Position numbers and translations under genes: made by a program
Origin: Takakia lepidozioides
Taxonomy: Eukaryota; Plantae; Bryophyta
DNA length: 64,000 bases
Direction of reading: 5' to 3'
Assembly: GCA_030704615.1 (NCBI GenBank)
Contig: CM060731.1
Coordinates: 56,296,001 to 56,360,000, forward strand
In this document: positions 38,201 through 50,060 of the stretch, in pieces
How the letters are laid out: each line of letters begins with the position of its first letter
Position numbering within the stretch: position 1 is the first letter of the stretch
The notes under the pieces: generated by a model
Seen by the model: only the letters and a program-made list of their open reading frames with translations
What the model was told of the DNA's origin: nothing
Database searches by the model: none

Positions 38201-38803
38201 GATTCAGGGAATGCCGGAGCCTCTGGCGTCTGGCCTGTTGCACCGGGTTGCAACCTTTTTCAGAATGAGGTAGATGCTCTTTCTGCAGCAGGATTTCAAA
38301 TGGTGCAACGCACAGACGTCCCGGCCCACTCATTTCCAGTTCCTCAGACCCAGCCATTGCAGACTGCTCGGTCCAGTAGAGACGGATTAGACAATTATGC
38401 ACATCCCACAATGCGATTCGGAAGAGTGAAGAGACGACACCCTCCTAACAAGTTGAATGAGACTCGGATTGCCAATGCTCTTGGGATGGCTTGCACTATT
38501 CAGAGCTCCGTGGACGTACCCCCACCCAGTCTTGGGCGTGTTTATCGGATGGCAACGGCCTGCTCAGCTGTACGCGACGACGTATACACAATTACGATTG
38601 GAGTGGAGCCGACTTGCAATTGTACGGACTTCTCGTTGATGGAAGCAAAGAAGGGTTCAAAGTATTATCCGTGCAAGCATCTGTATTACATTTACTTGAA
38701 GAGGTTGAGGATGAACTTGACTATTGATGACTTTATTCATGCACCAACGTTGAGCGTGAACGAGCTGCACAAACTCCTCCGCCGGGATTCCAAAAATCAT
38801 TGA
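35234..38803 (+). pseudogene. MULE transposase: GCM/WRKY-like Zn domain, DDE core, C-terminal SWIM finger
   Basis: CAGALRC...C...CAHC...C...HVGSHCH (GCM-like); WVMFD, FMADN, CGFH (CxxH), TTNMAES; intron 37300-37385; SWIM CNC...CKH in ORF 38300-38803. Stops at 36766, 37135 and 37635 and several frameshifts. Confidence 0.88.
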
Positions 38804-39074
38804 TGGGGCAAAGGGAATCCACCATATGGATATTTGCAATTGCATTTTGATGCATTAGACTTTGTTTTGCAGTGTAATGAAATGCACCCCAAAACTCCTG
38901 GAATGAGACAGACAATATTAAAGTGATGTCTTTTAAACACTATGGACTGCTGGATATCCGTTGATCTCCAGTGGCAATTCAATGTCCAAACAGAATCAAT
39001 ACAAAGATGGCGGCAGGAAAAATTTGCAAATCTTTCAGAAAACTTAGTTTCAACAGTTGCAATTGTGGGGGCCA

Positions 39075-39405
39075 TTTCTGGAAAAATGGCGCCGAATTTC
39101 CCTATTTTGGGCCGAAAACTGGCTAAGTCCCAACATGTACGGGAACGATGTATGGAAAAATGGCGCCGAATTTCCAGTTACATGGCCCAGAACTGCCCAA
39201 CATCTATGCAATGCACGGCACCATGTACCGAAATTCGGCGCCACATTTCCAAATTTTGATCATGTTGGGACCTATAACCGTGAAATCCGGCACCATTTTC
39301 CGGCGGAGACACCTATTACCGCGCAATACGTCGCCGATTTCTCTGCTTGCGGACCCTGTTACCGCGAAATTCGGCGCAATTTTTGCAGATGTCGCTCGGA
39401 ATTCG
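39075..39405. repeat. Subterminal cluster of the GGCGCC palindrome in both orientations
   Basis: aaaatggcgccgaatttc at ~39083 and ~39157; aaattcggcg(c) at ~39231 and ~39368; further degenerate copies; aaactggctaagtccca at 39117. Confidence 0.85.
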
Positions 39406-39964
39406 CATGAGCGGAAGACGAAATATCATGAGCACGGCTTTCAAAACTACAATTTCTACTTCAAACAATGAATATTATATTGGTTTTTGTCTGATACATT
39501 CCATTAAAATAATGTTTTTTAATGTTTTTTATTTCCAGAATTTGTACTTCTGCTCATGAAAACCGATTGTCTTACTACTCCGCTCATGCCGCCCATGCTC
39601 ATGAAATAGCTAACCTCACTAAAACTAGTACATCCAAGTCTCTGAAGTGTGTCTTGATTGAACCAACCTTAGGGTGCTTAAAAGTTAGGCATTGCTACAA
39701 GCCAAGCGTTCCTAGTAGCACCTCCGAGCCAATTGAAGGATTTGTGGGTGCTAAGATCCCCTACATAGGTTGGTTGGCCAACCTTGGACAAAGACATAGA
39801 GACTGATTGTTTTATGTGGTCAGGCACATTCACTCCAAATGACTCTCCTGCAGCTCGTGGAGCTGGAAGAACCTCTTCTGCCACTGCTATTATCTGCAAA
39901 GCACGAAATCATAGGAACTTGTTTAGACCAGCCCCAAGCTGTCCCTCTCTTCACCATAGTATAC

Positions 39965-41820
39965 CTTCAACATGTCGCCATGCACCTCTTTGCCCTTTTC
40001 CATGGCTGCCAGGCTTGCACACGTACACAAACATGATGTGGTCGGGCTTCACCCCTTCGCATACCATTTGCTCATACGTTTCCAAAGCCTCCATCCCACA
40101 CCCCTGCTGTGCATACCCTGCAATCATCGCGTTCCATGACACCACATCTCATTCAGCCATACTGTCGAACACTCCCTTTTCATCCTTGATGCTCCCACAT
40201 TTGCATACATGTCCACTAGGGCAGTGTTCAGGATCATATCTGGTACAATTCCAGCTTTGACGATGTCGCCATGCACCTCTTTGCCCTTTTCCAGGGCTGC
40301 AAGGCTTGCACACACACTGCAAATGCACACAAACGTGATGTGGTCGGGCTTCACTCCTTCGCACATCATTTGCTCATATGTCTCCAAAGCCTCCATCCCG
40401 CGCCCCTGTTGTGCATACCCTGCAAGCATTGCACTCCGCAACATCACATTTTGTTCAGCCATGTTTTTGAACACTCCCTTTGCATCCTCGATGCTCTCAC
40501 ATTTGGCATACATGTCCACCAGGGCAGTGTTTAGAATGACATCTGGTACAAATCCAGCTTCGACGATGTCACCATGGACCTCTTTCCCCTTTTCCAAAGC
40601 TCCCAGCCTTGCACACGCATTGCAAACACAAACAAACATGATGTGGTTGGGCTTCACCCTTCGCGCAGCAGTTGCTCATAGGTCTCCAAAGCATTCCTAC
40701 CATCCTTGGTAAATCTTGCCAACAATATATTCCACATGATCAAAGATGTTGAGGCATTCTGTTGAACACTTGGTGAGCATCCATGATGCTCCCGCACTTA
40801 ACATACATGTTGACAAAGGTGTTGAAGAGAAAAACATTTGGCGTGAATCCATTTTGGATAATGTGAGTGTGCACCTGCTTTCTAGCTTCCAGGCCTTTCA
40901 CCTTGATGCACTTATGCAAGAGACAGACATACGTATCTGAATCTGCTAAAATGCCTCCTTGGTTTAAAGTGTATAGAGTCTCTTTCAGTCTGCCTGCCTC
41001 ACAAAGCATCTTCACAGGCCCAGAAGTGCCAGAAGAGGCATTATGGACTCCCTCTCTTGATCCTCTAGTTCTAGAAGTTGTGTTCATGGTTGAGGTGCCT
41101 GATTTTATCAACTATGCCGCTGCAGTTGCTGCCTTTAGATTGTGAGCAGATCACGTGAGCAGATCACGTGAGCAGAAAATACTGTGAGAATTTTGCTCAC
41201 GTTCCTTGGAACTAGAATTTAGGGTTGGGCCTATTACCGTGGTCCGTGAACTCCTAGAATCCCTATTGCCGCTGCTCAAACGGTAGCTACCCTCCCTTTA
41301 GTTGAGCATATACCCATGCAGGTTTCTTGTAGCTATTGATCCACATGAAATCATAGGTAATCTTGTGCTTGAAATCTGGCCTTCTTGGATGAATCTGTAC
41401 CCACACTCTACCCCTGCTTCTTCAGCTATCCATGCCTCTGCACAAATCATGCATTCATCCTTGCCTTGCTTCTAGCAGCTGACAATGACAGTCTAGATTG
41501 TTCTAAGAAACACCCAACTCAGCTTATCATACTAGTTCCTATGTTGAATTGCGTTTGCTACTCTCTGTAATGTAATAGACATTCACCTTTTGGCCTCACC
41601 ATCACTGGAGCTCGAAAAGTATTCATTCCAGAGCTTCTCCTCATCTCTGTTACCTGTTTTTCGATACTTTCTTGTTCTCAAATTGGCAATATCATGTCAC
41701 TCCAAACTAGATTCACTCAACCAGCTAACTTGAAGAATTCAACATGGAAATTTAGGGCGGATTCTGATAAGAAGGAAAAACAGGGTGAAATGTGTTGAAG
41801 AAGGTGCCTTCATTAGCAGT
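39965..41820 (-). pseudogene. PDF-motif + PLS-PPR gene copy, frameshifted, with an LTR-like insert at ~41142-41310
   Basis: EKLWNEYFS.. (41640-41610); ag|IHPRRPDFKHKITYDFMWINSYKKPAWV (41392-41310); then PPR ORFs 40740-41111, 40124-40657 and 39951-40145. Confidence 0.85.
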
Positions 41821-42700
41821 GATGAGGTTGCGATCAGGATGATGGTGGTGGGAGGAGGGGCGAGCAATGTGGTTGCGGATGAGGAATAAGGAGGTAAGGC
41901 TGTCAGTGAAGATGAAGTATGGGGGGGAAAAGGTATCGAGTAGGAGGAGAGCATCGTATATGGCCATAAGCTCGGCCCTGAGAATAGTTGTAGGGCCAAG
42001 GAGTTTGAGGGCCACCCCTCTCCATGTACCTGCGTGATAGATACCATAGCCTGCATTAGTTTGAGTAAGGGATCCATTAGTGTAATGAGAGTTCGCGGGG
42101 GGGGGGGGGGTATTTGAGGGGGTAGGATTGCTAATAGAACGAAGGAATGGGGGGGAGGGGTTTGTTGGTGTGGCCTATGAGAGGCGTTGCAGTGCCTTGA
42201 TCCAGGCCGCTTTATTTGTTTTAATTTGGGGGAGGAGGGTAGGTATATTTGTACAATGGGGGATAGGTGGGTGATGGATGGTGGCCTTTATTTTATGAGT
42301 AACGGTGAGTAGGTGTTCTAGTTTGTGGTAGAAATGTGTGGGTATGGCAGCATGGTGGGGGTTTTGGACGTGCAGGATGCGGATTAGGGTGGGTTCTTTT
42401 TGCCTAAGATATTTAGAAAAAAAGAGGGTATGGGTATATTTAAGGTGGTTTGGGTCAATTGTGGCTAATAGCTTGACCTCCGCAGGGAGACATAGAAGTG
42501 GGCGGGAGGTGGTAGGTGTGTTTTGTTGTGTGAGGATGAGAATGGTCGAAGCATAAGAAAAGGAATGTGCAGCAAATTTGGCCCATTGAAGAGCTTCATG
42601 GGTGAGGGGTCCAGATGGGGGGTGAGCGAGACCACGGCCCTCCCAGGTATGTTGGGTAGCATTACCAGTGGCCCCAAAAATGCAGTCCCTATGATGTGGG
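41820..42700 (-). mobile_element. Non-LTR retrotransposon fragment with the RNase H N-half
   Basis: HYTNGS (YTDGS with D>N), TILRAELMAI, FTDSLTSL, HHHHPDRNLI; breaks where the fragment at 25321 begins. Confidence 0.7.
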
Positions 42701-43749
42701 CTAGCAAAGGTGTTCTACATTGGTTGTGGTCTGATGGAGATGATGACAGACAACTAGTTGAGCAATTTCTTTGTTTTGTATTGTCTTGGAGCCTAGTTGC
42801 ACTAGGCCTTCTAGTTACAATCCACCAAAGTATGATGGTGATGTAACCAAACGCATGCACTTTTGGAGGCTTGGCTTGGTGGATCCACAGAAGCTGGAGA
42901 TACTCACTCTTGGTGGTCTTGGTGGTGTCCTCAGTGAGAGAGCTGCCTGCACATGACAACATGAGGGAGCTGTCTGCAAGCTATTGCTGAAGAAGCTCGA
43001 GCTGAGGCTGAAGCTGCCAAGAAGGCGCTTGACTGCTCTGACATAAACCAAAAGCCATAATTTGTTGATGAGGTACTAATGTTGCAGGTATAGTTAGGTC
43101 TGTAGGTAGCTTGTGTTTACATGTAAGATGTCGATGAGTAAGGTAGATGCTGAAGATGTGCATCCCTCACCTGCAAGACCTAGGCTTGGTTCCATCGTAG
43201 TTTTGTCAGCTCGCAACAGATGATGCGGGCACCTGTGAGAACATCAACACGTACACCAATTACTACAGCCACAGCAAGGGAAGAGTTATCAACCCTCGTG
43301 GGTCTAGCAATGAGTTACTAGGAGTTACTATATCAATGGTATAGTATCTGGTAGTGTCTGGTATCAATGGTATAAGATGCACTCGGGTTGGCAGTAGATG
43401 GGTACCAAACTCTGAAGAGCCGATTGAAGAGTCCCGGAGGAGCCAATTGCGGACTCCCAGGTATGAGGTTCAAAGTTTAAACGTAGTCACCACTTCATGT
43501 GTTGTAAACAACATTCGGTACTTTCCTATGTTTTGTTTTGCTTGTTTTATTTTGTGTTGTTTTGTTTTGTTTTGTTTTTATTTTATTTTATACTTAACCT
43601 TGTAAAATTGAAGGGATTTTAGACTCAAACACATTTACAAACATAGCCTTTCACATAGCCTTTCACTTCCATTTCTCTCCTCAGCCTTCTTGCTTGTGTT
43701 TTAAGTCAAGGATCCAGATACTGAACCATTGATATAGTAACTCTGGCTA

Positions 43750-46640
43750 ACATAGTAACTCTATAAACAAAACGTTGTGCGCTGTTGCGCTTGAGATTAA
43801 GGATGTTGTACGTCGGGCTTGAATTGCCTCCTCATTCGATTGAAGGCTTTTGTTTCTGAATCTATGTTGAATGATCCTGAACCAGTGTTCATAGGTTTGT
43901 ACCAAAGGACTTTTCTTGCATTTTGTTCCAGCATGTTGAGTATGACGCTGATATGCCGCTTTTGCCGCGTGATGCAAGTTTCCCATTCCTTGACATGACC
44001 AGACAGATAGGCTTCCATACCTTTCAACAAACTACGGGGTGTGCTTGACCAATACGTGCTGCAAATTATCAACTTAAACAATTAGCATTGTCATCTATGC
44101 TATTTTACTACAAGCATTCCAATCAACTTAAACAATTAGCATTATCATCTATAAGTGCTATAATTGAAATGCAAAATTTTACTGTAAGCATTCCAATCAA
44201 TATCAAGGGATGTTTTATATACTCACAATATAGTGTGTAATTGGACCCTCCCCCCAACTCTTGATGAAAGCGCGTCCGAATTCCTCCACGCATTTCTTAT
44301 ATTCAGCTTTTTGTCCACCGGTGAGTGTAAGGCCAGAAAGATAGGGTCACAATTTTTCAAATGCAACCCAACATGCTAATCGATTTCTCCTACATGCCCC
44401 ATCTTTAGTGTGGTTGTGCTCGGACTTTACCACATCAATGTACAACTTGTCGGAACCTCCCTCTAAAGTACTCGGTTTAAAGAGTTTGGCAGCATGTGGG
44501 CCACTGAACGAAGGTTTGCTGGGGATATTACTCAATTTGCCAGACAGTTGATCATCTTTCATGATCTTAACCAAACCACCGTGTGCACCAGTGCTGGACA
44601 ACACTTTTTCCATTTCAGCAATAGCTAACTCTTGTAATTCTTTTCGCGAATGGTCCAGACAAACATGAAATGGAGGTGGACCATTTTCTCAATGATCCTA
44701 TTCATGGCGTGTAAAGTGCAAATATGCACTCTTTCAATGGGGATGGGCAATACTGGTTTCCAACGATCTTTTCCCTAACTCCCACTCACAGGTTTGGCAG
44801 TAATGTTTTGGGCAAATAAGCCTCCATGTATGGGAACGCTTACTAATAGCAGCAGCGGCGTCCTTCATGGACCCCTCTACAAACTTGACTCTCTCCTGCA
44901 TGCAATAAATGCAAGAATGCAAACTATTTGCACCTCCCTTCAAACCAACATGGCTTTTATTGTCTTCATGTTGGCTGCCATGTGCCACTCTACCTTGTAA
45001 TCACCAAAACCTGGGACGTGAAGAAGTTGCCCAACTTCTTGGGCTTGAATTAGCGAAGGGAGTTTGATTTGTTGGAACACCCAGTTCACAACCTCTGTGT
45101 TCTCCTTTGCCACTTGAAAACAAGCTATAGGCCAAACCTCTCTCTCGCTTTGCACACTGAAAAACTTTTCACTATCCGGAGTGATTAGTGCACGGTTCAT
45201 GAGGGTAATACTCACTCTTTCTAGCTTTTGGGCATGAATGATCTCTGACTCATCAAGCTTCAAGACAAACTTTAGAGGGCTCTCCTTCAATTCTGTAAAA
45301 TCAAAATGAAGCAATCAATACTAAGAATATATGAAATTAAAGATTAAAAACACAGAATTTATAGGTGCACGATGTAGAAAACTTACCGGCAAGTGTGATC
45401 TCATACAGTTCGACCATGGTACGCTGCACCTGCTCCACATCCGCGAAAAAAGAATTGTGCTCGGATAGTGTCACTCGAGTATCCTCATTCTTTTCACCGT
45501 GCTAATTGACCTTTTTAGGAACTTCAAGGCTGTTGTTCAAGTGGTAGTATTCACCTACGAAATCTTGAAGCTTGGAGCTCAATTCCTTGTGCAATTTCGA
45601 CACTCGATGCGGATTGGGCAGACATCCTACTCTCATCCTTTGGAGGCAACTTTTACACCACCTTTAAACTTCTTGTAAATTGCACTATAACCTGCTTGGG
45701 TGATCCCATTCCTGTCACAGGTCTCCAAAATCTCATTGGGCCCAACCTGTTTGCCGATTTCATTGACATATTGATTTGCCATTTTTGTACCTACGTGAGT
45801 AAAAGTAGGCACATGCAACATCGAATCTACCTCAGTCCTTGATAGAATTTGAGCGAAGACTTTTCCAGATTCTTCTTGGGTACTTCTATCGCCACAAAGC
45901 ATCTTTTTGCTGTCTGATGCAGCGTTCTCTTGTTGCACTTTTCGTGCGGTAGCTGGCATAATGATACTCCGCGCCAATCTTCTAAGCGCCTTGGCTTGTT
46001 CACCATTTGGTGCAAGATTGTTCAGATCTTTCATCTTGCGTATTTGGCTTCTAGGTCCATAGGGGGTGTTGTGAACCTTACTCAGTTTTTGTTCCAAGCG
46101 AGTATAAGTTGCCCTAGACCTTGTGAGCTGCAACCTGAGGGATCTCAATTCGGACTCGTGGGAACTCTCAATCTGATCTAACTCCATCGCATGAATTGAT
46201 CGTACAGCTTCCAATTGAGCTTCACAAACACCCTCCATTACACAAACTTCTTCTTCTTTATTTTGAACTTGTAACCGCAGACTATGCAGCTGACTCTCAT
46301 ATGAAGCTCTCATGTTGCTGATGTTGCTTGCCAAAGTAGTGATTTGAGCACTCAATGAATCACTCTCCATGCGGGAAGAACTTTCTACTTGAACTTGATC
46401 CCTCAATTTTTGAATCTCTACTACGCTTTGCTGTTGTGCAACTTCGAATAGAATTCGCCAATTTGCGGTCTCTACAGTGGTTGAGCAAACACTTTGAATG
46501 TGTTTCACATAACCCAGAAAACCCTCCTCTCCATCTCCCACGAATTGAAGCAAGTCTCTTATGGAACTCATATTGGGACCTACTCCTGTAGCTGGGTCAA
46601 TGGGATAAAGGGATGAATCAAGCCAGAGATCTATGTTCAT
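43750..46640 (-). pseudogene. RAG1-core/Transib/Chapaev-like DDE transposase with N-terminal coiled coil
   Basis: Motif order LKLDE ... AA(N)MK ... SCIYC ... CTLHAMNRI ... ITHYI|HVLVKH ... YGSLSVWSCQGM(G), parallel to RAG1 D600, D708, CxxC, LH, ITNYFHKTLAH, GSIGAWASEGNE. Introns at ~45387-45296 and ~44226-44059; stops and frameshifts. Confidence 0.7.
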
Positions 46641-46641
46641 A

Positions 46642-47639
46642 CACTAGAAGAAAAACGCGGAATAACCACTCTGGTAACCACTCATTTTGAGTGGGAAAAT
46701 ACACCCAACCACTCTGGCCCCATAGTGGTCTAGAACCAGTGGATCTTGACTCAGCAGTGGTTAAAGACATGATGTGTCCGAAGTGGTTAAAGATAGTGGT
46801 TACGATCACTTGCCTCCGAGTCCAGCTGTTCGCTTACGTGTCACAGTGGTAAACTAACCACTTCAGAACATCGACCACTTCCACCGTATGCAATGTGGAC
46901 GCAACAACTTCGTCGATCATACTTAGCAATGGACGGACATGTGTCTGTATCCATATGGACACATGGCCAAATCCGGTTAGACGATTATGGGCTCCATTAT
47001 CTGGACACGTGGCGATATTGCAAATGAGCACGTGCCCTATTTCAGGGATGTGCTGAAAAATGCAATGACTTCACAAACAACTCTGTGAGTGAGACTTAAA
47101 TGACTCTAATAGTCATGATTCGAGAATAAACAATGTATATTATCACTGAATGTGTGGTTCTAATAGTATTGATGTGTACTAAAACCACTTACTGAATGGT
47201 TCTACCAGTATCAATGTAGTGGTTAGGTTGTGTGCTAAAACCACTGACTAAGTCATCCAGTGTGTCCCACCAAGTAGGAACCATGTTTTTGAATTATTAT
47301 TACCAGAGTGGTATGTAAGTGATTGGGGCTACATGTGGGGGAGTACAACCACTCTTGCATACTGTCACAATCTTACATATACCACTGACAGAATGGTGTG
47401 TAAGTGATTCATACATTCCCATATAATTCTCCTATAATTCCCATACATTCGAAGTGAATCTGCAAATCCAAATACTCTTAAAGATTCACCATTCAAAAAA
47501 CAGAATAGAATCCAAGACAGTATGTGTTGGAACAGAGTCAACAAAATCCAGCCATGATAAAGGGTGACATACTATATCTACACTACGTCTCCGCAGGCAT
47601 GCGAAAAGCCATGAACTACTTTTTGTCTTTTGGTCAGTG
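46642..47639. mobile_element. Non-autonomous CACTA-type element
   Basis: Starts CACTAGAAGAAAA; dense ACCACT/AGTGGT subterminal repeats; putative end ...GGTCAGTG flanked by ATA on both sides, but the TIR match is poor. Confidence 0.6.
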
Positions 47640-47642
47640 ATA

Positions 47643-49420
47643 GACCATCTACCCATGCAGGTTTCTTGTAGCTATTGATCCATAGGGAATCATAGGTAAC
47701 CTTATGCTTGAAATCTTGCCCTCTTGGATGAATCTGGACCCACACTCCATCCCTGCTCCTTCAGCTATCCATGCCTCTGCACAAACCATGCATACATCCT
47801 TGCCTTGCTGCTAGCAGCTGACAATGACAGCCTACATCTGTTCTAGGAAACACCCAACTCAACTTATCACTCTAGTTCCTATGCTCAATTGCATCTACTA
47901 CTCTTTGTAATCCATGGATAGCTGAAGCTCCAGATCCATCCAAGAGGGCCAGATTTCAGCAATAGGGTTTGTCACCCTACAAATCATGCATTCATCTTTG
48001 GCTTGCTGCAATGACAGCCTAGAGTTGTTCCAGCAAACACCCCAACCCTACTTATCACACTAGTTCCTATGCTCAATTGCATCTTCTACTCTCTATAATC
48101 CAACAGGCATTCATCTTCTTGCCTCGATCGTCCCACCATTGACTGGGGTCAGAAAAGTATTCATTCCACAGCTTCTCCTTATCTCTGTTACCTATTTCTA
48201 GATACTTTCTGTTGTCACATTGGCAGTATCATGTCAGTCACTCCAAACTATCAAAGGTTCACTCAACCAGCTAACTTGCAGAATTTAACATGGCCGATTC
48301 TGATAAGAGGGAAAAACAGGGTGGAATGTGTTGAAGAAGGTGCCTTCATTAGCAGTGCCTGATTTTATCAATTATGCCGCTGCTGCTGCAACTTCTAATT
48401 GACCATCTACCCATGGCAGAGACAGAGTTCAGAATGACATCTGGTAATCTGACAGGCATTCACCTTTTTGCCTCGGTTGTCCAACCATTGACTGGGGTTA
48501 GAAAAGTATTCATTCCACAGCTTCTCTTTGTCTCAACTGTTACATGTTTCTGGATACTTCCCTGTTGTCACATTGGCAGTACCATGTCAAAGTCGCTCCA
48601 AACTATCAAAGGCTCACTCAACCAGCTAACTTGCAGAATTCAACGTGAAAATTTAGGGCCGATTCTGATAAGAGGGAAAAACAGGGTGAAATGTGTTGAA
48701 GAAGGTGCCTTCATTACTAGTGCCTGAATTTATCATTGTGCCGCTGCCGCTACGGCTTCTAGTTGACCATCTACCCATGCAGGTTTCTTGTAGCTATTGA
48801 TCCATCTGGTACATTTCCAGTTTTGGTGAAGCAACCATGCACCTCTGATGCCTTTTTCCAGGGCTGCCAGGCTTGCACACACACTGCAAACGCACACAAA
48901 CATGATGTGGTCGAACTTCACCCCTTCCCCCATCATTTGCTTTCAGGTCTCCAAAGCCCCATCCGGCGCCCCTGCTCTGCACACCCTGCAAGCATCGCAT
49001 TCCACAACACCACATCTCATTCAGCCATAGTGTTGAACACTCCCTTGGCATCCTCAATGCTACCACATTTGGCATACATGGCCACCAGAGCAGTGTTCAG
49101 GATGACATTTGGAACAATTGCAGATTTGATCATGTCATCAGGGATCTCTTTGCCCTTTTCCAGGGCTGCCAGACACACTGCAAGCACACACAAACCTTAT
49201 GTCGGCGGGCTTCACCCCTTCCCCCATCATTTGCTCATAGGTTGGAGCCTCCATCCCGCACCCCTGCTGTGCATACCCCGCATGCATTGCACTCCACGAT
49301 AGTTCAGCCATAGTGTTGAACACTCCCTTGGCATCCTCGATGCACCCACATTTGACATACATGTCCACCAGGGCAAGGGCAGTGTTCAGAATGACATTTG
49401 GTAATCTGACAGACATTCAC
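47643..49420 (-). pseudogene. Scrambled tandem PDF-motif units and PPR fragments
   Basis: LWNEYFSNPSQWLDNRGKK| (48525-48465), LWNEYFSDPSQWWDDRGKK (48175-48115), IHPRGQDFKHKVTYDSLWINSYKKPAWVDG (47733-47644); PPR pieces 48805-49400. Confidence 0.8.
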
Positions 49421-49819
49421 CTTTTAGAATTGTTCCAGCAAATGCCCAACCCTACTGACGTAGAGGCTGTAGTGTCCAAAGCCATGTCCGTTTCCAGAAA
49501 ATTGTCTAATGGAAATGAAGTTAGGCAGAAAACTTCCCTGGACTTGTTTCCAGTCTGTGACATGGGGGAGGACATCATGGATGACCTCAAGGGTTTACCC
49601 ACTCTCGGCACCAGACTGAAATTTAAACTAAGGGCAGGAATCACTACAATACAAGCTGGGCTTTTCGACTCTGTATTTGACTCATTTTTTAGTCGTTTGC
49701 GACAATTTTACTCCCAACCTCCATAGTCAAACATGCGTGACAAAGGTCAAGTCGTTTCAGTCAAGCAGTCGAATCCAGATGCCAGGTTCTGACAGTGAAA
49801 TGTGACAGTAAAACCTAGG

Positions 49820-50060
49820 GGCGACGTGTAGGCAGCACAGTATGACGTGGCTTTGACGTGGCTATGACGTGTAGTAAAGTGGTTTAACTGAATTATAAGG
49901 TGGATGCATGACGTGGATGAATGACGTGTAGTAACGTAGTTTAACTGAAGTATGACGTGGACGTATGACGTGTAGTAAAGTGGCTTAACCTTAGTATGAG
50001 GACATCAAGTATAGTGGTTTAACTGAAGTATGACGTGTAGTAAAGTACGGGATGACATGT
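49820..50060. repeat. Subterminal TGACGTG(G/T) repeat cluster
   Basis: About nine (t)gacgtg copies and repeated tgacgtgtagtaa(a/c)gt.gtttaactgaa. Confidence 0.85.

Larger units (their letters stand above)
27695..39617. mobile_element. Complete (decayed) 11.9-kb Mutator-like element carrying a ParB-DNA methyltransferase gene
   Basis: TIRs GGGGGCTGCTATTTCATGAGC (27695-27715) and reverse complement GAGGTTAGCTATTTCATGAGC (39597-39617), 17/21 identical, each followed inward by CATGAGCGGA. TSD ACTGAAAC (27687-27694)/ACTAAAAC (39618-39625). Contains a MULE transposase. Confidence 0.88.

Noticed and set aside
27916-38803. Stops repaired by U-to-C RNA editing
   Set aside because: Such editing is organellar; these are nuclear intron-containing TE genes that also carry G-to-A changes and frameshifts, better explained by 5mC deamination.
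42700-43250. Further degenerate PDF-family exons (also 12760-13250)
   Set aside because: Only weak resemblance (LWI...KPP, GLVQL); too degraded to call.
46842-46848. CACAGTG RSS heptamer near the RAG1-like gene
   Set aside because: It falls inside the AGTGGT repeats of the CACTA insert, points the wrong way for that end, and no nonamer is evident.
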